Positions 59,134-64,000 of a stretch of 64,000 nt of DNA are shown piece by piece. A program made the position numbers and the translations under genes. The stretch comes from Patescibacteria group bacterium (GTDB taxonomy: Bacteria; Patescibacteriota; Patescibacteriia; JAHIZJ01), in the NCBI GenBank assembly GCA_028714495.1, contig JAQTMH010000001.1:9721-73720 (forward strand). Direction: 5' to 3'. How positions within the stretch are numbered: the first letter of the stretch is position 1; each line of letters opens with the position of its first letter. Below the pieces are notes generated by a model that searched no databases, was not told the origin of the DNA, and worked only from the letters and a program-made list of their open reading frames with translations.

Positions 59134-59982
59134 TCAAATCGAGGTTTTTGCCTGATTTGTAGCCTTTTCTTGGGTATTTATAGATGTTACCAACATATTC
59201 CAGTCGTCTAGTGACAGCTCCTGGGCTCTGGCTTTTAGGCTAATGCCGCACTTATCAAAAATCTGGTTTATCTCCGAGACATCCAGATGTAATCCGGCGC
59301 GTAAATTATTCTGAAGCTGTTTTCGCCGGGAGGAAAAGCCGATACGGACCAAGCGGAAAAAATCCTTATCCGACTCTTTGGTTTCTCTCAAATGATTGAT
59401 CTGAACCACCGCCGAATCAACTTCCGGCTCAGGCCAAAATAATTCTCGCGGCACTAAAAACATTTTTTTAACGTCGGCGTAATATTGAACTGATACGGCC
59501 AATAAACTTAATTCTCCGGGCTGGGCAGTCAGCCGATCAGCCACCTCATTCTGAATAAGCAAGGTCAGGCTTTTGGGCTTAGGCGGCTGGGAAATAAATT
59601 CCTTGAGCAGATGCGCTGTCAAATAATAGGGCAGGTTAGCTACTATCTTATAATTAAACTCTGGCAAGCTTGAGCCGGCTTTTGCCCGCCAATAAAAAAT
59701 ATCATCACAGATTATTTCGACATTGGAATATGTTTTTAAATTCTTTTTTAAAATTGGCAAAAGCCGGCGATCGCGTTCAACGGCAATAACCTTTTTGCAG
59801 GCTTGGGCTAATAGTTCAGTCAGATTGCCCGGGCCAGCCCCGATTTCAAGCACTAGGTCTTCTTGTGTCAGGTTCGCGGCGCCAACAATTTTTTTAAGAG
59901 TCGCCTGGTCAATTAAAAAATTTTGACCAGTGTCTTTATCCGGCTTATGGCCAAAATCTCTAAGCTGTTTTTTTAGATCCAT
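59134..59982 (-). CDS. rsmA: 16S rRNA (adenine1518/1519-N6)-dimethyltransferase
   Basis: GQNFLIDQATLKKIV, LEIGAGPGNLTELL SAM-binding motif. 282 aa. Confidence 0.85.
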   Translation of the reverse strand: MDLKKQLRDFGHKPDKDTGQNFLIDQATLKKIVGAANLTQEDLVLEIGAGPGNLTELLAQACKKVIAVERDRRLLPILKKNLKTYSNVEIICDDIFYWRAKAGSSLPEFNYKIVANLPYYLTAHLLKEFISQPPKPKSLTLLIQNEVADRLTAQPGELSLLAVSVQYYADVKKMFLVPRELFWPEPEVDSAVVQINHLRETKESDKDFFRLVRIGFSSRRKQLQNNLRAGLHLDVSEINQIFDKCGISLKARAQELSLDDWNMLVTSINTQEKATNQAKTSI

Positions 59983-60001
59983 TTAAACCACGTGATACTA
60001 A

Positions 60002-61168
60002 TTATAAAAAATTATACAGAAGTGACATAGCCCCGGCCAGAAGAAAGGCAAAGACAAATCCGGCTGATAGCCCAAAAAACTGAATCACCAAAATAATACT
60101 GATCAGGGCAAGTACCTTCCCGACTACTAGGGCCATCTCCAGGAAAAGAACCCGGTTCATAATATCGTGACGCCGCGCCTTCAGATAAGTAATGGCTATC
60201 ACCGGCACATAAATCATGTTTTTTGAAATGCGCGAAAGAGTGTCGGCCAAAAAAATCAAGCCGGTCGAGCTAGCCAGATACCGCAGCCACCAGGAAATCA
60301 GATATAAAATACTGCCCAGCTTTATGACCGGGTGTTTATGGTGCTTATCGCAAATCCGGCCGACAAAGAGCGTAACCAGAGCTGTAACCAGGGTGGCCAA
60401 TGCGATAACTGATCCTATTTTCCAATAGCTTTTTATTATCAAATAGATGAAAATCGGCCAGATTACCATGACAACCAGCTCCTCGCCAAAACCCATATAG
60501 GCAAAAAGCCGGCGCCGGCGCTTCGGATGAATCAACTTCTTGTAGGCGTCGCCGTAGGAAAAAGGCTTGGGTGTGACCCGCTCTTCGGTCAGGAGAAACG
60601 GCAGGTTTGAAACCATAATCAGAACGATTACCACGATAAACAGCGTATTGAAACTGGCTAGGGTGATAATTAAACCGCCGATGAGCGGCCCCAGGACATA
60701 AACCAGGTCGTTTATAACTTTCAGAGTGCTTATTTCTCTGGCTTGCTCGCTCTCATCGGAAAAACTGGCAAAGTTCGCGTGATAGCCAGGCCAGTAAAAC
60801 ATTTTTTGCAGGGCTATGGCCGCGGCCGCGAAATAGATGAGCCAGGGCACCAAGGGCAGGGCGTAGAGACAGAGGTAGAAGGCAATCAAGAAAAATGTAC
60901 TGATTAAAATACTTTTTTCATAGCCTCGGGCGTTGGCGTACTTCGCGCCCAGCGGCATAATGGCAAAATACAGGGCGTACATGCCAAGGTAAAAAAGTAA
61001 TATTTTTGCCACCGAATAACCGATGGTGTAGAAATAAATCGGCTCGAAGATTGTCACCGCGGCCGTAGCGAAATCCATTATGGCTACGGAAAGATAAAGC
61101 TCACGCATGGGCCGTTTGAGGCGGCGGGCGAAGAAATGAGACGGATTGTAATTAAAAATTTTAAACAT
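60002..61168 (-). CDS. MFS-type transporter (paralog 1)
   Basis: 388 aa, about 12 predicted TM helices. Paralogous to 61789-62955. Confidence 0.5.
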   Translation of the reverse strand: MFKIFNYNPSHFFARRLKRPMRELYLSVAIMDFATAAVTIFEPIYFYTIGYSVAKILLFYLGMYALYFAIMPLGAKYANARGYEKSILISTFFLIAFYLCLYALPLVPWLIYFAAAAIALQKMFYWPGYHANFASFSDESEQAREISTLKVINDLVYVLGPLIGGLIITLASFNTLFIVVIVLIMVSNLPFLLTEERVTPKPFSYGDAYKKLIHPKRRRRLFAYMGFGEELVVMVIWPIFIYLIIKSYWKIGSVIALATLVTALVTLFVGRICDKHHKHPVIKLGSILYLISWWLRYLASSTGLIFLADTLSRISKNMIYVPVIAITYLKARRHDIMNRVLFLEMALVVGKVLALISIILVIQFFGLSAGFVFAFLLAGAMSLLYNFL

Positions 61169-61784
61169 TCTGGGCGGGAATCTTAATTGCTCCGGCGCGT
61201 AAAACTACCAGCCGGCCCTTGACCACCTGGATAATAGTGGAAGGCGGGCTTGGTTTCAATTTCCCTCCGTCGATAATTAAATCCGGCTGATCGTGCGCCT
61301 TCTCAAATTGAGCAAAAATTTCCTTGACCGAAAAACAGGGCGGTCGGCCGGACAAATTGGCGCTGGTTGAGGTGATCGGCCGGCCGTATTTTTTCAGCAG
61401 GGCCAGGACAAAGGCGTGCTTAGGCTTTCTGGCGGCAATGGTGTCACGACCACCCGTCAGAAGCTTCGGCACCAGATCAGTTTTCGGAAAAACCAGGGCG
61501 AGCGGTCCCGGCCAATATTTCTTCATCACTTCCTCATCCTCCGACGACACCCGGGCCACCGTGTCGAGCTGGGCCCGATTATAAACTACAACCTGAATCC
61601 CTTTGGTGGCTAACCGGCCTTTTATCTGAATCACCCGTTCGATCGCCCGCTGGTCAAAAGGATCAGCACCTAGGCCGTACATGGTTTCGGTCGGGTAGAC
61701 GATAACGCCGCGGGATTTCAAGACTCGGCCAGCCAGGTCAATCACCTGTTTTTGATTAGTTCGCGTCAGCTTGATTATTTTCAT
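61161..61784 (-). CDS. tsaC: L-threonylcarbamoyladenylate synthase (YrdC/Sua5 family)
   Basis: VIVYPTETMYGLGADPFDQRAIERVIQIKGR and the YrdC fold signature. 207 aa. Confidence 0.8.
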   Translation of the reverse strand: MKIIKLTRTNQKQVIDLAGRVLKSRGVIVYPTETMYGLGADPFDQRAIERVIQIKGRLATKGIQVVVYNRAQLDTVARVSSEDEEVMKKYWPGPLALVFPKTDLVPKLLTGGRDTIAARKPKHAFVLALLKKYGRPITSTSANLSGRPPCFSVKEIFAQFEKAHDQPDLIIDGGKLKPSPPSTIIQVVKGRLVVLRAGAIKIPAQNV

Positions 61785-61788
61785 CTGG

Positions 61789-62955
61789 CTAAATTAAATT
61801 CATAAAAAGCGAAAAAATAGCCGCGAACCAGAAAATGCTTTTCAAGCTTACGATTCCGACCAGAATCAAAAGGACTAAATACATTAAAGCCTTGCCGAGA
61901 TTCAACGACATTTCGCGAAAAACCGTCATTTCATCAACGTAATGTCCGGCATCGGCCATCCGTTCATACGTCATGGCGTCAAAGGGCGTGCGCATTACCG
62001 ATTGAGCCAGATTGTGGTAGGTGGAAACCAAAAAAATTTGATAGCCGGTCTCGACGAATACTTTCAATATCCAGCCGACCGAGTAAATCAAGGTGCCCAG
62101 GTTGAGCAGGCGGCGTTTCGGCATTTGATCGGTGTATTTGCCGGTCAGTAAGCGCAAAACTATCGTGGCGAAAATTATCAAAGCGGAGATCGCGCCGATG
62201 TCAAGGTAATTGCCCTTTAATACCTCGTAAATAAACAGCGGCCAAATCACCAAACCGATCGCATTTTCAGCGCCTTCAGCGCCGTAGGCATAGAGCAGAC
62301 GCCGGTGTTTCGTGAAAAGCCGGCGGAAGGTTTCGAAATAGCCATAGGAATAATTTTCCTTGACCGTTCGGGTAAAAATCAAAGGAAACATCGAAACAAC
62401 CACCAAAATAATCACCATCACGATCAGACTCTGATAACCAAATTTCGCGATAATGAAGCCCGATAGAACCGGCGCCAATACCCCGATCAAAGCCGTGATG
62501 GATTCGAGAAAGCCGATTTGCTTGCCCCGATTCGCCCGGTCCGTGAATTCCGCGAACTCCGTGTGATAGGGCACCCAATATAGCATCCGCCAGACGGTGG
62601 CCGCGATAATCGACATGATTAAAAAGCTCCAGGCATTGCCGACATCGACAAAATACAGGGCGAGGTAGAAAAGAGCCAGGAACGGCACGCTCAACATCAT
62701 CGAGAGCTTCAGGCCGAATTTGCTCATCAGCCTGGCGCCGGGTTGAACCAGAAATAAATACATCAGCCACGTTAAAAAATAATACAGCATCACCGCCGAC
62801 AGGGAGAAATTCAGCTTCTCATACAAAAAAATCGGCAGAAAAAGACCGAGCAAGCCGATCGCCAGTCCCTGAATCAACCGTTGGGAATAGAGCGCGATAA
62901 TGTCAGATGAAAAATGTGTTTTCGGAAAGATGAGGCTCAGCCAGGATTTTTTCAT
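61789..62955 (-). CDS. MFS-type transporter (paralog 2)
   Basis: 388 aa with the same architecture as 60002-61168. 4-nt overlap with leuS. Confidence 0.5.
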   Translation of the reverse strand: MKKSWLSLIFPKTHFSSDIIALYSQRLIQGLAIGLLGLFLPIFLYEKLNFSLSAVMLYYFLTWLMYLFLVQPGARLMSKFGLKLSMMLSVPFLALFYLALYFVDVGNAWSFLIMSIIAATVWRMLYWVPYHTEFAEFTDRANRGKQIGFLESITALIGVLAPVLSGFIIAKFGYQSLIVMVIILVVVSMFPLIFTRTVKENYSYGYFETFRRLFTKHRRLLYAYGAEGAENAIGLVIWPLFIYEVLKGNYLDIGAISALIIFATIVLRLLTGKYTDQMPKRRLLNLGTLIYSVGWILKVFVETGYQIFLVSTYHNLAQSVMRTPFDAMTYERMADAGHYVDEMTVFREMSLNLGKALMYLVLLILVGIVSLKSIFWFAAIFSLFMNLI

Positions 62956-64000
62956 TTTTTGACCACGAGATTAATCAATCGGCCTGGTACGTAAATTACT
63001 TTTTTAGGCTCCTGGCCGTTGAGAAATGTATTTATTTTTTCGCTGGTCATGGCTTTGGTCTTTGCTTGTTCCTCAGAAATGCCGGCTGGGACCGTGATTC
63101 GATCGCGCACCTTGCTATTGACCTGCACCACCAGGTCAAACGTTTCCTCTTTTATCAGTTCGGGGTCAAATTTCGGCCAGCTGGAATTAAATACTGAATT
63201 TTTCTCACCTAGTCTCCCCCAGAGCTCCTCAGCCAGGTGCGGGGCAAAAGGCGATAGTAATTTAACAAAGCTGCCAAAATCTTTCTTGGAAATTGAAGAT
63301 TCGGCCATCAACCGGTTCGTGAAAATCATCAGGCTGCTTACGCCGGTATTAAAATTGAACGTCTCGATATCGCTCCCTACTTTTCTAATCGTCTGGTGGA
63401 GCAGGCGAAGTGTTTCGCTGTCAGTCGAAGCGCCGACCTTTTCCTGGACAGACCAAACCTTATCAAGGAATCTTTTCACGCCGATCAGGCCATTCGTCTT
63501 CCAGGGCTTGACCGCTTCAAACGGCCCCATGAACATCTCATAAATCCGAACCGTGTCAGCTCCGAATTTCTTGATCATTTCGTCTGGATTGACGACATTG
63601 CCGCGCGATTTGGACATTTTCTGGTTGTCCTCGCCCAGAATTAAACCTTGATTTTTCAACTTTTGGAACGGCTCGGGCGTCGGTATCAATCCCGCGTCGA
63701 ATAAAACCATGTGCCAGAACCGCGCATACATCAAATGAAGCACCGCGTGTTCAGCTCCGCCCACGTACAGATCAACCGGCTGCCAATATAACATTTTCTT
63801 ATTTTGTCTACGCAGCCACTTTTCTAAAAACCTGATCTTCGCGTCATCGCCTAAATTCTTTCGCGTGTCTGATTCGCGTTTATTAATGTAATTGTAGTGG
63901 CTGAGATTGTATTTTGGTGAAACCACCCGGTAGCTGAAATCGAACAGCCTTCCGAGTTCAGCGCTGGGCAAATCAGCCGGTTTCATTTTCTGTGCGGCGT
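62952..64000 (-). CDS. leuS: Leucine--tRNA ligase, C-terminal part (gene continues beyond window end)
   Basis: Class I KMSKS motif (KMSKSRGNVVNP), anticodon-binding and C-terminal LeuRS region. The N-terminus lies past position 64000. Confidence 0.8.
   Translation of the reverse strand, partial: AAQKMKPADLPSAELGRLFDFSYRVVSPKYNLSHYNYINKRESDTRKNLGDDAKIRFLEKWLRRQNKKMLYWQPVDLYVGGAEHAVLHLMYARFWHMVLFDAGLIPTPEPFQKLKNQGLILGEDNQKMSKSRGNVVNPDEMIKKFGADTVRIYEMFMGPFEAVKPWKTNGLIGVKRFLDKVWSVQEKVGASTDSETLRLLHQTIRKVGSDIETFNFNTGVSSLMIFTNRLMAESSISKKDFGSFVKLLSPFAPHLAEELWGRLGEKNSVFNSSWPKFDPELIKEETFDLVVQVNSKVRDRITVPAGISEEQAKTKAMTSEKINTFLNGQEPKKVIYVPGRLINLVVKK

Noticed and set aside
1-64000. CRISPR arrays, rRNA genes, prophage structural genes, toxin-antitoxin pairs
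   Set aside because: No regularly spaced direct repeats with unique spacers, no rRNA-like conserved stretches and no capsid, terminase or portal motifs were seen. The only repeat families are the tRNA trailers, the REP-like palindromes, the topA-end duplication and the cassette-junction motif.

Overview
This 64-kb segment reads as a chromosomal region of a small-genome bacterium, probably Patescibacteria/CPR-like. That assignment is an inference from gene content: a giant Cys-rich surface protein, many hypothetical membrane proteins, expanded PEP-utilizer swivel-domain paralogs and T4SS-like remnants. The housekeeping backbone is mfd, dprA-topA, parA-parB, a three-tRNA cluster, lgt, secD-secF, rsmA(ksgA), tsaC and the 3' part of leuS, which continues past the window end. 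Accessory material is interleaved with it:
- Four GC-rich patches (about 56-60% against a background near 48-50%, judged by eye) that carry secreted or membrane proteins.
- One patch that sits between a 125-bp duplication of the topA 3' end.
- A same-strand array of small unrelated genes (PEP-utilizer phosphohistidine domain, nucleoside-deoxyribosyltransferase-like, SET-domain methyltransferase and hypotheticals) joined by a recurring junction motif.
- An IS200-like HUH/Y1 transposase (RAYT candidate) surrounded by REP-like hairpins.
- Three tandem paralogs of a protein whose C-terminus is a phosphohistidine swivel domain.
- A thiol-oxidoreductase cluster (two DsbA-like, one Trx-like).
- A VirD4/TraG-like ATPase module.
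- A 10-kb gene for a 3331-aa Cys-rich giant surface protein in an operon with a thrombospondin-type-3-like Ca-binding anchor protein and a 960-aa polytopic membrane protein.
No CRISPR array and no rRNA were seen. All calls rest on motifs read directly from the translations, with no database searches.
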